64,000 nucleotides of DNA, from positions 5,813-69,812 of the forward strand of contig JAYVZI010000037.1 in assembly GCA_043783485.1 (NCBI GenBank), in the 5' to 3' direction. The notes beneath the pieces are model-generated. The model saw only the letters and a program-made list of their open reading frames with translations. It had not been told where the DNA came from and searched no databases. Both the position numbers and the translations under genes were made by a program. Shown piece by piece: positions 30,412-40,576 of the stretch. How positions within the stretch are numbered: position 1 is the stretch's first letter; the number at the start of each line of letters is the position of its first letter. This stretch comes from Bacteroidota bacterium (lineage in GTDB: Bacteria > Bacteroidota > Bacteroidia > Flavobacteriales > Flavobacteriaceae).

Positions 30412-31026
30412 TTATTTTCCTCTAACGCTATCATGACTTTGAGATTGAATTCCATCGTTCCAAAAAGTCAGTAAATCCGTAGCTACAGCGGCGCCACTTC
30501 CTGCGGCGATTGCCAACTGACTGCGCCAACCTGCAAGTGTTCCGGTTACAAAAATCCCATCGGTAACTTTATGATCTTGGTTTTGTAATTGAATTCGATT
30601 TTTTTCGGGAATTGTTTTTTTGTGCGGTTCTACATATTGCATCAAACCTTGAATGTCAAAAGTATTAGCATTTCCAATGGCAACAACAATATTTTTGGTT
30701 TGATAGGAGTTTTTGTTGGTTGTAATTGTAAAATTCGGAAAAAACCCATCAATTTTCATGACTTTTTCACCATCAATTTGGTAAATATGTGGATAAATAT
30801 CATTAAGTTGTTTTGTGCTTTCGGAGAGTAATTCCGATCCAAGTTTTCCAGATGGAATTCCGTAAGCATTGTAAAATATAGCTTCTTGAAGCGAAGAGTT
30901 TTTTTGATGTGTAAAAATTCCAATTTTTTTGTCAAGCATAAAAGCCTTGTTTTTTGCAGAACCCAAAACCATTGCGCATGAAACTCCCGAAACACCTCCG
31001 CCAATAATCAAAACATCAAAAATCAT
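30412..31026 (-). CDS. FAD-dependent oxidoreductase (short thioredoxin-reductase-like)
   Basis: DVLIIGGGVSG, SQLAIAAGSG. Confidence 0.8.
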   Translation of the reverse strand: MIFDVLIIGGGVSGVSCAMVLGSAKNKAFMLDKKIGIFTHQKNSSLQEAIFYNAYGIPSGKLGSELLSESTKQLNDIYPHIYQIDGEKVMKIDGFFPNFTITTNKNSYQTKNIVVAIGNANTFDIQGLMQYVEPHKKTIPEKNRIQLQNQDHKVTDGIFVTGTLAGWRSQLAIAAGSGAAVATDLLTFWNDGIQSQSHDSVRGK

Positions 31027-31226
31027 TATTGATTTTTAGTTTTTTCGACAATTGCTTTCGACATTCTAAAAATTAGAAGAATTAAAACAGCACAAATAGA
31101 AGCCACAATTCCAATAAGCGCCACTAAACTATTTCCCTCCATCAAATTTTTGAAATCAAGTAAAGTAATGTTGAAAACAATCAATCCAACCGCTAGAAAT
31201 ATCAATATGTAGGTAAAATTTTTCAT
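31026..31226 (-). CDS. Small two-TM membrane protein
   Basis: 66 aa with two hydrophobic helices; stop overlaps next start. Confidence 0.65.
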   Translation of the reverse strand: MKNFTYILIFLAVGLIVFNITLLDFKNLMEGNSLVALIGIVASICAVLILLIFRMSKAIVEKTKNQ

Positions 31227-31263
31227 AAGCTTAATTTAGGGTATAAAAATACCAAAAAGGATT

Positions 31264-31839
31264 TTAAGCAAAAAGCGCTTTAACATTAGTTGCAAATAAT
31301 TTAACAGCAATTGCAAGCAGCACAACCCCAAAAACTTTCCTGATGATGCTTAATCCCGTATTTCCTAGTATTTTTTCGATTTTCGAGGACGATTTTAGCA
31401 CGGCATAAACCAATATAATGTTCAACAAAATAGCAATAATAATATTAATATCGTTGTATTGCGCTTTGAGCGACAAGAGCGTTGTCATTGTTCCGGTTCC
31501 AGCAATTAGCGGAAAAGCAATTGGTACTATCGACGCCGTACTGGCTTCCTCATCGCGATACAAACGGATGCCTAAAATCATTTCTAAAGCCAAGAAAAAC
31601 AAGACAAACGATCCTGCTACTGCAAAAGAATTTACAGAAATCCCAATCAAATTCAGTAATTGTTTCCCGATAAACAAAAAAGTAATCATAATAAACAAGG
31701 ATACTATCGATGCTTTTTCGGATTGAATATGTCCTACTCGGTTTCGTAAACTAATAATTACCGGAATGCTCCCAATAATGTCAATTACTGCAAAAAGGAC
31801 CATTGTTACTGTAAAAATTTGCTTGAAATCTATTTCCAT
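31264..31839 (-). CDS. MarC-family membrane protein
   Basis: LFAVIDIIG, F.VAG, VPIAFPLIAG.G. Confidence 0.88.
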   Translation of the reverse strand: MEIDFKQIFTVTMVLFAVIDIIGSIPVIISLRNRVGHIQSEKASIVSLFIMITFLFIGKQLLNLIGISVNSFAVAGSFVLFFLALEMILGIRLYRDEEASTASIVPIAFPLIAGTGTMTTLLSLKAQYNDINIIIAILLNIILVYAVLKSSSKIEKILGNTGLSIIRKVFGVVLLAIAVKLFATNVKALFA

Positions 31840-31952
31840 AAACGTTTAATTTACTTGTAAAAGTAATTTAATTTTAATGTTTTAAAACCTTAAACATACA
31901 AATTTTTATTTCATTTGATAATTAGCATCAATAAAATCAGCGTAAATTTACT

Positions 31953-31960
31953 TATATTTG
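31953..31960 (+). promoter_or_regulatory. -7 element (TATATTTG) 4 nt before ATG, candidate leaderless transcript
   Basis: TATATTTG-CAAA-ATG. Confidence 0.55.
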
Positions 31961-31964
31961 CAAA

Positions 31965-32531
31965 ATGTTTCAACTAGGAAAAACCATCGTTTCGGAAGAC
32001 ATTCTTCAAAAAGATTTTGTTTGTAATCTCTCTGCTTGCAAAGGTGCATGTTGCGTAGATGGCGATGCGGGAGCACCATTAACAGAGGAAGAAACCAAAA
32101 TCCTTGCCGATATTTATCCAAAAGTAAAACCGTTTTTACGCAAAGAAGGCATTGCAGCAATCGAAGCCCAAGGAACTTCCGTAATTGGAACCGACGGAAC
32201 GCTAGAAACCACCTTAATAGACAATAAAGATTGTGCTTACGTAATTTTTGACGGAAAAACAGCACTTTGCGGAATCGAACAAGCCTACAATCAAGGCGAA
32301 GTAAGTTGGAAAAAACCAGTTTCTTGTCATTTATATCCAATTCGTGTTAAGGATTTTACCGAGTTTGCAGCCGTAAATTATGACAAATGGGATATTTGCG
32401 ATCCGGCCTGTTCGTTAGGTCAAGAGTTGGAAGTCCCAGTTTACAAATTTGTAAAAGAAGCACTCATTCGTCGCTTTGGCGAAGATTGGTATATGGAGCT
32501 CGAAAAGGTAGCTCAAGAACTAAAAGGATAG
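31965..32531 (+). CDS. DUF3109-family Cys-rich protein
   Basis: C...CKGACCVDGDAGAP, KPVSCHLYP, C.PAC. Confidence 0.8.
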   Translation: MFQLGKTIVSEDILQKDFVCNLSACKGACCVDGDAGAPLTEEETKILADIYPKVKPFLRKEGIAAIEAQGTSVIGTDGTLETTLIDNKDCAYVIFDGKTALCGIEQAYNQGEVSWKKPVSCHLYPIRVKDFTEFAAVNYDKWDICDPACSLGQELEVPVYKFVKEALIRRFGEDWYMELEKVAQELKG

Positions 32532-32689
32532 TTTCTAGACTGCAAATTTTATTATTTTTTCCTCGTTTCTAAAGCCCTATGTTTACGGTACTTTACGTTT
32601 TTTATTTTTTATAAAAACCTGATTTTTAGCACTTTAAATTAAAAATAATTTTCTTTATTTTTAAAGCATTGTTAAAAACTAAAGGCGAT

Positions 32690-32698
32690 TGTGAATAA
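32690..32698 (-). promoter_or_regulatory. DnaA-box-like site upstream of nrdB
   Basis: TGTGAATAA, reverse complement TTATTCACA, fits TTATNCACA. Confidence 0.4.
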
Positions 32699-32792
32699 GT
32701 TTGACTTTCTTTTTACGTTCTAATTGATAATCTTTGTAGTCTACGAAAAACAAAAAATTTCGTTAAAATTTTAATAAAAAACAAACAAAGCC

Positions 32793-33770
32793 ATGTCTCA
32801 AATAGAACCAATTTTACAGGAAAACAAAAATCGTTTCGTAATTTTCCCAATCAAACATCACGATATTTGGGAATGGTACAAAAAAATGGAAGCCAGTTTT
32901 TGGACTGCCGAAGAAATTGACTTGTCGCAAGATCTTAACGATTGGAATAACAAATTAAATAATGACGAACGCTATTTTGTAAAACATATTTTAGCTTTTT
33001 TCGCAGCTTCGGACGGAATTGTAAACGAAAATCTTGCCGAAAACTTTGTATCAGAAGTTCAATATGCTGAAGCAAAATTCTTTTATGGTTTTCAAATCAT
33101 GATGGAAAATATACATTCTGAAACTTATTCTTTATTAATTGATACTTACGTAAAAGACGAAGCCGAAAAAACAGAATTATTTAATGCTTTAGAAGTTTTT
33201 CCAGCCATCAAGAAAAAAGCCGATTGGGCTCTGAAATGGATTGAATCGCCATCGTTCGCAGAAAGATTAATTGCTTTTGCAGCAGTAGAAGGAATATTTT
33301 TCTCGGGTGCGTTTTGTTCTATTTATTGGTTAAAAAAACGTGGATTAATGCCAGGATTAACCTTTTCGAACGAATTAATTTCGCGTGACGAAGGAGTTCA
33401 TTGTGATTTTGCGGTTCATTTACACAACCATCATTTGATAAACAAAGTACCAAAAGAAAGAATCCGAAGCATTATTGTTGATGCGTTAAATATTGAAAGA
33501 GAATTTATTACAGAATCGTTGCCAGTTTCTTTAATTGGTATGAATGCTGGATTAATGACGCAATATCTGGAATTTGTTGCCGACAGATTATTAGTAGAAC
33601 TGGGTTGCGATAGAGAATACAATACTTCAAATCCTTTTGATTTTATGGATATGATTTCGTTGCAAGGAAAAACCAATTTCTTTGAGAAAAAAGTAGCCGA
33701 ATACCAAAAAGCAGGTGTTATGAATACGGATACCGAAGCCCAAAAAATCACATTTGACGCTGATTTTTAA
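32793..33770 (+). CDS. nrdB: Ribonucleotide reductase class Ia beta subunit
   Basis: [21 protein letters not shown] radical Tyr, EGIFF, DEGVH, NFFE. Confidence 0.96.
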   Translation: MSQIEPILQENKNRFVIFPIKHHDIWEWYKKMEASFWTAEEIDLSQDLNDWNNKLNNDERYFVKHILAFFAASDGIVNENLAENFVSEVQYAEAKFFYGFQIMMENIHSETYSLLIDTYVKDEAEKTELFNALEVFPAIKKKADWALKWIESPSFAERLIAFAAVEGIFFSGAFCSIYWLKKRGLMPGLTFSNELISRDEGVHCDFAVHLHNHHLINKVPKERIRSIIVDALNIEREFITESLPVSLIGMNAGLMTQYLEFVADRLLVELGCDREYNTSNPFDFMDMISLQGKTNFFEKKVAEYQKAGVMNTDTEAQKITFDADF

Positions 33771-33839
33771 ATAAAAAAACAAACCGCTACCAAATAAAAA
33801 CCGAAATTTTCAGTAAGCCCCCAAATCTGAAAACTAGCT

Positions 33840-33941
33840 TAGCCCCGATTGAAGGGAAAATCCTTTTTGAAATTGTCACACTGAGCCTGTCGAAGTGTTA
33901 CAATTTTAAAAAGATTTGGAATGAAAGCGGGATTAGCTTCC
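33840..33941 (-). repeat. Intergenic modular repeat, copy B
   Basis: Reverse complement GAAGCTAATCCCGCTTTC..AAATCTTTT-[hairpin with CTTCGACAGGCTCAGTGTGAC]-AAAAGGATTTTCCCTTCAATCGGGGCTA. Confidence 0.75.
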
Positions 33942-34008
33942 CAAAAAAAATAAACAAATTCACTAAAATAGCGAAGGGATTTTCTATTTTAAAAAAAACA
34001 AAAAAATT

Positions 34009-36423
34009 ATGTACGTAGTAAAAAGAGATGGGCACAAGGAGCCAGTAATGTTCGACAAAATCACAGATAGAATCAAGAAACTGTGTTACGGTTTGAACGA
34101 TTTGGTTGATGCAGTTAAGGTTGCCATGCGAGTTATTGAGGGGTTATACGACGGTGTTTCGACATCGGAATTAGATAATTTGGCGGCAGAAACCGCAGCA
34201 TCGATGACCATTGCGCACCCTGATTATGCTCAGTTGGCGGCTAGAATTGCAATTTCGAATTTGCACTCTAACACCAAAAAATCTTTTTCGGAAACAATGA
34301 ACGAAATGTATCATTATGTAAACCCGAGAAATGGTCAGGAAGCACCACTTTTATCTGAAGAAGTACATAAAGTTATACAAGAAAACGCTGAATTTTTAGA
34401 TTCGCACATTATATACAACCGAGATTTTAATTACGATTATTTTGGTTTCAAAACTTTGGAGCGTTCGTATTTATTGAAAATAAACGGAAAAATAGTTGAG
34501 CGTCCGCAACATATGTTGATGAGAGTTTCGGTTGGAATTCACTTAGACGATTTGACTTCGGTAATAGAAACATACGACTTAATGTCGAAAAAATTCTTTA
34601 CGCACGCCACTCCAACATTGTTCAATGCAGGAACGCCAAAACCACAAATGTCAAGTTGCTTTTTATTGGCAATGCAAGACGATAGCATCGACGGGATTTA
34701 TGACACGTTGAAACAAACGGCAAAAATCTCGCAATCGGCTGGAGGAATAGGTTTGTCTATTCATAACGTTCGTGCAACGGGAAGTTACATTCGAGGAACA
34801 AACGGTACATCGAATGGAATTGTGCCAATGTTAAGAGTTTTCAATGATACCGCTCGTTATGTAGATCAAGGCGGTGGAAAACGTAAAGGAAGTTTTGCTA
34901 TTTATATAGAAACTTGGCACGCAGATATTTTCGAATTTTTAGATTTGAAAAAAAATACAGGAAAAGAAGAAATGCGCGCCAGAGATTTGTTTTTTGCGAT
35001 GTGGACTTCGGATTTGTTCATGAAACGTGTCGAAGAAAACGGAAATTGGACCTTGATGTGTCCAAATGAATGTCCAGGTTTGTATGACGTTCATGGAGAG
35101 GAATTTGAGGCACTTTACACATCTTATGAAGCGGCAGGAAAAGGTAGAAAAACCATCAAAGCGCACGAATTGTGGGAAAAAATTCTGGAATCGCAAATCG
35201 AAACCGGAACACCATATATGTTGTACAAAGATGCAGCGAACAGAAAATCAAACCAGAAAAACTTGGGAACCATTCGTTCATCGAATTTGTGTACCGAGAT
35301 TATGGAATACACTTCGAAAGACGAGATTGCGGTTTGTAACCTTGCATCACTTTCGTTGCCAATGTTTGTCGAAAACGGAAAATTCAACCACGATTTATTT
35401 TTCACGGTTACCAAACGCGTAACTCGAAATTTAAATAAAGTTATCGACAGAAATTATTATCCGGTTATTGAAGGCGAAAATTCTAACAAACGCCACCGTC
35501 CAATTGGACTTGGAGTGCAAGGTTTGGCCGATGCATTTATCATGATGCGACTTCCGTTTACAAGCGATGAAGCCAAAACATTGAACCAAGAAATCTTCGA
35601 AACCATGTATTTCGCAGCCGTAACGGCATCTATGGAAATGGCAATCGAGGAAGGACCTTATTCTAGTTTTGAAGGTTCGCCAATATCTAAAGGAGAGTTT
35701 CAATATAACCTTTGGGGATTAAAGGATGAAGAACTTTCTGGTCGTTGGGACTGGGCAAGTTTGAGAAAAGAAGTCATGAAAAACGGAGTTCGAAATTCAT
35801 TGTTAGTTGCGCCAATGCCAACGGCTTCGACATCGCAGATTTTAGGAAACAATGAGGCTTTCGAACCTTATACCTCAAATATTTATACTCGTCGTGTTTT
35901 ATCTGGCGAATTTATTGTAGTAAACAAACATTTACTAGAGGATTTAGTGAAATTAGGACTTTGGACCGAAGATTTAAAACAAGAATTAATGCGCGAAAAC
36001 GGATCGGTTCAGAACCTGAATATTCCGCAAGATTTGAAAGAATTGTACAAAACCGTTTGGGAAATGAAGATGAAGGATATTATTGATATGTCGCGTCATC
36101 GTGGCTATTTTGTAGATCAATCACAGTCGTTAAACTTGTTTATGCAAGATGCTAATTATTCTAAACTTACATCTATGCACTTTTATGCTTGGAAATCAGG
36201 TCTAAAAACAGGAATGTATTATTTGAGAACAAAAGCTGCTGTCGATGCGATTAAGTTTACATTAAACAACGACAAAAAAGCCGAACCGATCCAAGTAATA
36301 GAACAACCTATTTTAGCACAAGTCGAAGTAGAAACCACTGCAATGTCTAACGAAGAATACCGCGCCATGATCGAGTTAGCAAAAAATGCTGGTCCAGATG
36401 AGTGTGAAATGTGTGGGAGTTAA
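34009..36423 (+). CDS. nrdA: Ribonucleotide reductase class Ia alpha subunit with ATP-cone
   Basis: VVKRDG ATP-cone, SSCF, SNLCTEI, VCNL, APMPTAS, GMYYLR, C-term CEMC. Confidence 0.97.
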   Translation: MYVVKRDGHKEPVMFDKITDRIKKLCYGLNDLVDAVKVAMRVIEGLYDGVSTSELDNLAAETAASMTIAHPDYAQLAARIAISNLHSNTKKSFSETMNEMYHYVNPRNGQEAPLLSEEVHKVIQENAEFLDSHIIYNRDFNYDYFGFKTLERSYLLKINGKIVERPQHMLMRVSVGIHLDDLTSVIETYDLMSKKFFTHATPTLFNAGTPKPQMSSCFLLAMQDDSIDGIYDTLKQTAKISQSAGGIGLSIHNVRATGSYIRGTNGTSNGIVPMLRVFNDTARYVDQGGGKRKGSFAIYIETWHADIFEFLDLKKNTGKEEMRARDLFFAMWTSDLFMKRVEENGNWTLMCPNECPGLYDVHGEEFEALYTSYEAAGKGRKTIKAHELWEKILESQIETGTPYMLYKDAANRKSNQKNLGTIRSSNLCTEIMEYTSKDEIAVCNLASLSLPMFVENGKFNHDLFFTVTKRVTRNLNKVIDRNYYPVIEGENSNKRHRPIGLGVQGLADAFIMMRLPFTSDEAKTLNQEIFETMYFAAVTASMEMAIEEGPYSSFEGSPISKGEFQYNLWGLKDEELSGRWDWASLRKEVMKNGVRNSLLVAPMPTASTSQILGNNEAFEPYTSNIYTRRVLSGEFIVVNKHLLEDLVKLGLWTEDLKQELMRENGSVQNLNIPQDLKELYKTVWEMKMKDIIDMSRHRGYFVDQSQSLNLFMQDANYSKLTSMHFYAWKSGLKTGMYYLRTKAAVDAIKFTLNNDKKAEPIQVIEQPILAQVEVETTAMSNEEYRAMIELAKNAGPDECEMCGS

Positions 36424-36460
36424 TAAATTAAAAATTGAGAATTAAAAATTAAAAATAATT

Positions 36461-36489
36461 ACAGCTGTCAAATGATGGCTGTTTTTTTT
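36461..36489 (+). terminator. Intrinsic terminator of nrdBA
   Basis: ACAGCTGTC-AAAT-GATGGCTG followed by a T run. Confidence 0.7.
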
Positions 36490-36602
36490 GAAGCTATTTG
36501 CTTCGCTAGTCGCTCTTTCAGGCTCGAGTCCAGCTTTATGTTGTAATCCTTTTTATACCTGTCAGGTTTTCAAAACCTGACAGGTGTAAAAAAGATTTCT
36601 TC
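36490..36602 (+). repeat. Intergenic modular repeat, copy C, with nested 30-bp element (36500-36529) and REP-like palindrome (36557-36585)
   Basis: GAAGCTATTT[GCTTCGCTAGTCGCTCTTTCAGGCTCGAGT]CCAGCTTT..GTAATCCTTTT-ACCTGTCAGGTTTTCAAAACCTGACAGGT-AAAAAAGATTTC. Confidence 0.7.
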
Positions 36603-36672
36603 TGAAAACCAAGTTCAAGGAACTCTTTTTAAAATAAAAATTAAGTAAAGTATTCTTGTCTAAAAAAATAAA

Positions 36673-37131
36673 ATGAATAAATTAAAAAGAACCACCTCCA
36701 AAAACCAAGATTTTCAAAAGCTAACCGCACTTTTTGACGAATATCTTATTGATATCGATGGAGATGAAAAAGATTTTTTTGCGCAATACAATCAAGTATA
36801 TCTAGAAAATGTAGTTGTTTGTTATGAAGATGAAATTGCAGTAGGTTGCGGAGCTTTCAAAAAACACGAAAATAATACCGTCGAAATAAAAAGAATGTTT
36901 GTTCATCCTGATCATCGAGGAAAAAGTATTGCAAAAATAATTCTTAACGAACTCGAACTTTGGGCAACCGAATTAAATAATAAAACAATTATTCTAGAAA
37001 CATCCCTAAAACTTGAGGCTGCAATTGCTTTATATTCTAAATCAGGATATGTTCCTATTAGCAATTACGGTCAATATGTTGGCGTAGAGAGCAGTTATTG
37101 CATGAAGAAGGTTTTAAAAAAATCAGTTTAA
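36673..37131 (+). CDS. GNAT N-acetyltransferase
   Basis: VGCGAFK, EIKRMFV..RGK, LET...A..LY.K.GY. Confidence 0.88.
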   Translation: MNKLKRTTSKNQDFQKLTALFDEYLIDIDGDEKDFFAQYNQVYLENVVVCYEDEIAVGCGAFKKHENNTVEIKRMFVHPDHRGKSIAKIILNELELWATELNNKTIILETSLKLEAAIALYSKSGYVPISNYGQYVGVESSYCMKKVLKKSV

Positions 37132-37146
37132 CAACTTATTTTCTTA

Positions 37147-38352
37147 CTACTTCAAGGATTTATAAGCAATTCCCAAGCTAACCAACATTAATATTCCGCC
37201 CAAAACAAATGGCGCTCCAGCAAACTGAAATGGTGCCGATTTGTGGGTAAAATAATAAAAAACATTTGTCATCATCAATGGTCCTATGATAGACGAAGCA
37301 CTCATTAAACTAGTAAGAGTTCCCTGAATTTCTCCTTGCTCACTTGCTGGAACCTGACCAGAAATAACCGACTGCAATGCGGGTCCAGAAATCCCACCCA
37401 AACAGTACGGAATCAAAAACACAAACATCATCCAACTTTTAGAGGCAGCAGCAAATAAAAACATTCCTAAACAATAAAGAAAAATCCCAATAATAATACT
37501 TTTTTTATTCCCTAATTTTGGGTTGGTATATCGTATCAATCCACCTTGCACCGCACCAACCAAAAGGCCTACAACTCCTAGCGAAATTCCAACCATTTTT
37601 TCGTCCCAACCAAATTGATAAATCGTAAAATAACTCCAGTTGCTTTGCACCGCATGAGAGGCTGTGTATAAAATAAAAACGGCAACAATTAATCCAATTA
37701 AACTAGGATGTTTTTTCAGATTAAAAATGGCACCAACAGGATTAGCACGTTTCCAACTAAAATCCCTACGATTTTCTTTAGCCAAAGATTCCGGTAAGAT
37801 AAAAAATCCATACAAAAAGTTAATCATGCACAAAATTGCAGCTGCATAAAACGGAACTCGAGCACCATATTGTCCCAAAAAACCACCAATTACAGGACCT
37901 GTAATAAAACCCAATCCAAACGCTGCGCCAATTAACCCAAAGTTTTTCGCTCGGTTTTCAGGTGTACTCACATCGGCAATGTACGCTGATGCCGTTGTAA
38001 TACTCGCTCCTGTAATTCCCGCAATTATTCGTCCTACAAAAAGCCAAGTAATGGTTGGAGAAAAGGCTAAAAGCAAATAATCCAACGAAAAACCAAATAA
38101 CGAAATCAAAATTACAGGTCTGCGTCCGTACTTATCGCTCAAATTACCTATCAATGGCGAAAAAATAAACTGCGTAATAGCATAAGCAAACAACAACCAA
38201 CCACCATATTTAGCCGCTTCGCTAATGTCGCCATGAATTAATTCTTTTATTAATTTAGGAATAACAGGAATAATAATTCCTAGTCCAATAATATCAATAA
38301 GCATGGTAATAAAAATAAAACCAATAGCAGGAGATTTTTTGTTTTCTTTCAT
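37147..38352 (-). CDS. TCR/Tet-family MFS transporter
   Basis: [36 protein letters not shown]. Start taken at MKENKK because the upstream codons lie in repeat copy D. Confidence 0.9.
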   Translation of the reverse strand: MKENKKSPAIGFIFITMLIDIIGLGIIIPVIPKLIKELIHGDISEAAKYGGWLLFAYAITQFIFSPLIGNLSDKYGRRPVILISLFGFSLDYLLLAFSPTITWLFVGRIIAGITGASITTASAYIADVSTPENRAKNFGLIGAAFGLGFITGPVIGGFLGQYGARVPFYAAAILCMINFLYGFFILPESLAKENRRDFSWKRANPVGAIFNLKKHPSLIGLIVAVFILYTASHAVQSNWSYFTIYQFGWDEKMVGISLGVVGLLVGAVQGGLIRYTNPKLGNKKSIIIGIFLYCLGMFLFAAASKSWMMFVFLIPYCLGGISGPALQSVISGQVPASEQGEIQGTLTSLMSASSIIGPLMMTNVFYYFTHKSAPFQFAGAPFVLGGILMLVSLGIAYKSLK

Positions 38353-38363
38353 ATTTTTTATTT

Positions 38364-38466
38364 GGGCGTGACCCAAAAAGGGTCAGGCTGTGCGCTACAA
38401 TCTTTTGCGTTGTCACTTCGCAAGCTCAGGACAACCCAAAAGGATTTCCACTTCCATCCTTCACGC
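38364..38466 (+). repeat. Intergenic modular repeat, copy D (variant ends)
   Basis: GGGCGTGACCC..GGGTCAGGCTGTGCGCTACAATCTTTT-[hairpin with CTTCGCAAGCTCAGGACAA]-AAAAGGATTTCCACTTCCATCCTTCACGC. Confidence 0.7.
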
Positions 38467-38554
38467 GGAATCGGTCATATATATAAACCAATAAATCCCA
38501 AATTCAACCGAATTTTCGGAATAGAATATGGGATTTATTTTTTTTATAAATTTT

Positions 38555-38587
38555 AGACCTGACAGGTTTTTAAAACCTGTTAGGTCT
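38555..38587. repeat. Free-standing REP-like palindrome
   Basis: AGACCTGACAGGTTTTTAAAACCTGTTAGGTCT; same family as 36557-36585. Confidence 0.7.
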
Positions 38588-38595
38588 TTAATTAT

Positions 38596-39819
38596 TTATA
38601 ATTCCAACGCTTTCAATGCATTTCCACCCATCAATAATTCTAAAGGATTTTCTAGTGCTTCTTTCACAGCAACCAAAAACCCAACTGACTCACGACCATC
38701 AATAATTCTGTGATCATAAGAAAGTGCTACATACATCATTGGGTGAATTTCCACTTGACCATTTACAGCAATTGGACGTTCAATAATATTGTGCATTCCC
38801 AAAATTCCTGATTGTGGTGGATTGATAATTGGCGTAGATAACATACTGCCAAAAACCCCACCGTTTGTGATTGTGAAAGTTCCGCCAGTCATATCATCAA
38901 CCGTAATTTGCCCGTCACGAGCACGAATTGCTAAACGTTTTATTTCGGCTTCTACACCTCTAAAAGTCAATAATTCTGCGTTGCGAACAACAGGAACCAT
39001 CAAACCTTTTGGTCCAGAAACTGCGATAGAAATATCTGCAAAGTCATAAGCAACTTTGTAATCTCCATCCATCATCGAGTTTACATCTGGAAAAAGTTGT
39101 AAAGCACGAGTAACCGCTTTGGTAAAAAACGACATATAACCCAAACCAATACCATTATGTTTCGCTTTAAAAGCATCTTTATATTGATTTCTGATGTTGT
39201 TTATTGGCGTCATATTTACTTCGTTGAACGTAGTAAGCATGGCAGTTTCGTTTTTGGCAGCCACCAATCTTTCGGCAACTTTGCGACGCAACATCGATAG
39301 TTTTGTACGTTCTGAACCACGGGAACCACCAGTTGGTGTTCCCATCGATGGTACTGCGTTTAGAGCATCTTCGGTAGTAATTCTTCCTGCTTTTCCTGTT
39401 CCAACAACATCTGTTGGTTGAATATTTTTTTCGTCTAATATTTTTCTAGCCGCAGGAGATGGTGTTTGTGCAGCATAAGTTTTTTCGGCTACAGGAGCCG
39501 CTTTTACGTCAGCTTTTGGAGCTTCTACAACTGGTTTTGCTTCTTCTTTTGCTGGAGCTGGAACATCACCTGCTGGTTTAGCTGCACTTGTATCAATTAA
39601 ACACACTACGGCTCCAACAGCAACTGCATCGCCTTCTTCCGCTTTTAGCGTAATGATTCCGCTGGCTTCTGCTGGCAATTCTAGCGTTGCTTTGTCCGAA
39701 TCGACTTCGGCAATTGCCTGATCTTTTTCTACATAATCGCCATCTTTTACTAACCAAGTTGCGATTTCAACTTCTTTGATTGATTCCCCTGGTGATGGGA
39801 CTTTCATTTCTAAAATCAT
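38596..39819 (-). CDS. sucB: 2-oxoglutarate dehydrogenase E2 (dihydrolipoamide succinyltransferase)
   Basis: Lipoyl [32 protein letters not shown]. Confidence 0.96.
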   Translation of the reverse strand: MILEMKVPSPGESIKEVEIATWLVKDGDYVEKDQAIAEVDSDKATLELPAEASGIITLKAEEGDAVAVGAVVCLIDTSAAKPAGDVPAPAKEEAKPVVEAPKADVKAAPVAEKTYAAQTPSPAARKILDEKNIQPTDVVGTGKAGRITTEDALNAVPSMGTPTGGSRGSERTKLSMLRRKVAERLVAAKNETAMLTTFNEVNMTPINNIRNQYKDAFKAKHNGIGLGYMSFFTKAVTRALQLFPDVNSMMDGDYKVAYDFADISIAVSGPKGLMVPVVRNAELLTFRGVEAEIKRLAIRARDGQITVDDMTGGTFTITNGGVFGSMLSTPIINPPQSGILGMHNIIERPIAVNGQVEIHPMMYVALSYDHRIIDGRESVGFLVAVKEALENPLELLMGGNALKALEL

Positions 39820-39857
39820 TGTATATTTATTTTAAATGATGAATTTTATATTTTAAA

Positions 39858-40010
39858 TTATGGTTTTATTCGAACAATTTTGTCATCTTTCAAAACGACT
39901 AATTCGCTATTCATTTTCTTTTTGAATTCGATTAATTTTTCATGGACTTTTTCCATAGCGTCTATTATTTTTTGACCATTTTCAGATCTTTTATATTCTT
40001 TAATTACCAT
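39858..40010 (-). CDS. Small 50-aa basic protein not in the ORF track; probable partner of the zeta-like ATPase
   Basis: ATG 40010 to TAA 39858: MVIKNIKRSENGQKIIDAMEKVHEKLIEFKKKMNSELVVLKDDKIVRIKP; overlaps the ATPase stop. Confidence 0.7.
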   Translation of the reverse strand: MVIKEYKRSENGQKIIDAMEKVHEKLIEFKKKMNSELVVLKDDKIVRIKP

Positions 40011-40575
40011 AGTTTTTTAATTTATCAAATTTTACTTTATTGAAAACCTTTAAATCTAAACCGATAGATTTTTCAGCAATTAATTCTTGATTTTCATAAG
40101 AATTATCAAAAATATAAACCTCATCTACTATTGGAATATAAATTTCAAATAAATTCTGAATTCCTCTACTGTACCTGCGTTTAATAATTGTTGTATCTAT
40201 ATTATGACCGCCTTCTTTGACTCTAGTTTTTACTCTTTCGATAGCCAAATCTACATTTTGTAACCAAAAGAACAAAAGGGTTACTTTATAATTTTTGCTT
40301 TGTGCTTCTTTAACTTTTGATTTATAACTTTTTGATGCTAATGTGGTTTCAAAAGCAAAATTTTCATTACTTTCTAAAAGTTCATTGATTCTTTTAAGCA
40401 TAATTCTACCTGATTCAAATGCTACTTTTTCAGGTTGAAATGGCGATAAACCCTTAGCAATTTCGTCAGCATTTACAAATTCTTTACATTCTAAAATTTC
40501 AGGTAAAATTGTAAAAGAAGCGGTTGTTTTACCTGCTCCATTACAACCTGCAATTATGTAAAGATTTTTATCCAT
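40000..40575 (-). CDS. Zeta-toxin-like P-loop ATPase/kinase
   Basis: IAGCNGAGKTT, FVNADEIA, FETTL, RV..GGHNI. Start at MDKNLY, 1 nt after the sucA stop. Confidence 0.85.
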   Translation of the reverse strand: MDKNLYIIAGCNGAGKTTASFTILPEILECKEFVNADEIAKGLSPFQPEKVAFESGRIMLKRINELLESNENFAFETTLASKSYKSKVKEAQSKNYKVTLLFFWLQNVDLAIERVKTRVKEGGHNIDTTIIKRRYSRGIQNLFEIYIPIVDEVYIFDNSYENQELIAEKSIGLDLKVFNKVKFDKLKNYGN

Positions 40576-40576
40576 T

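Noticed and set aside
34009-36423. Intein or intron in nrdA
   Set aside because: The 804-aa length and continuous motifs leave no room for an insertion.
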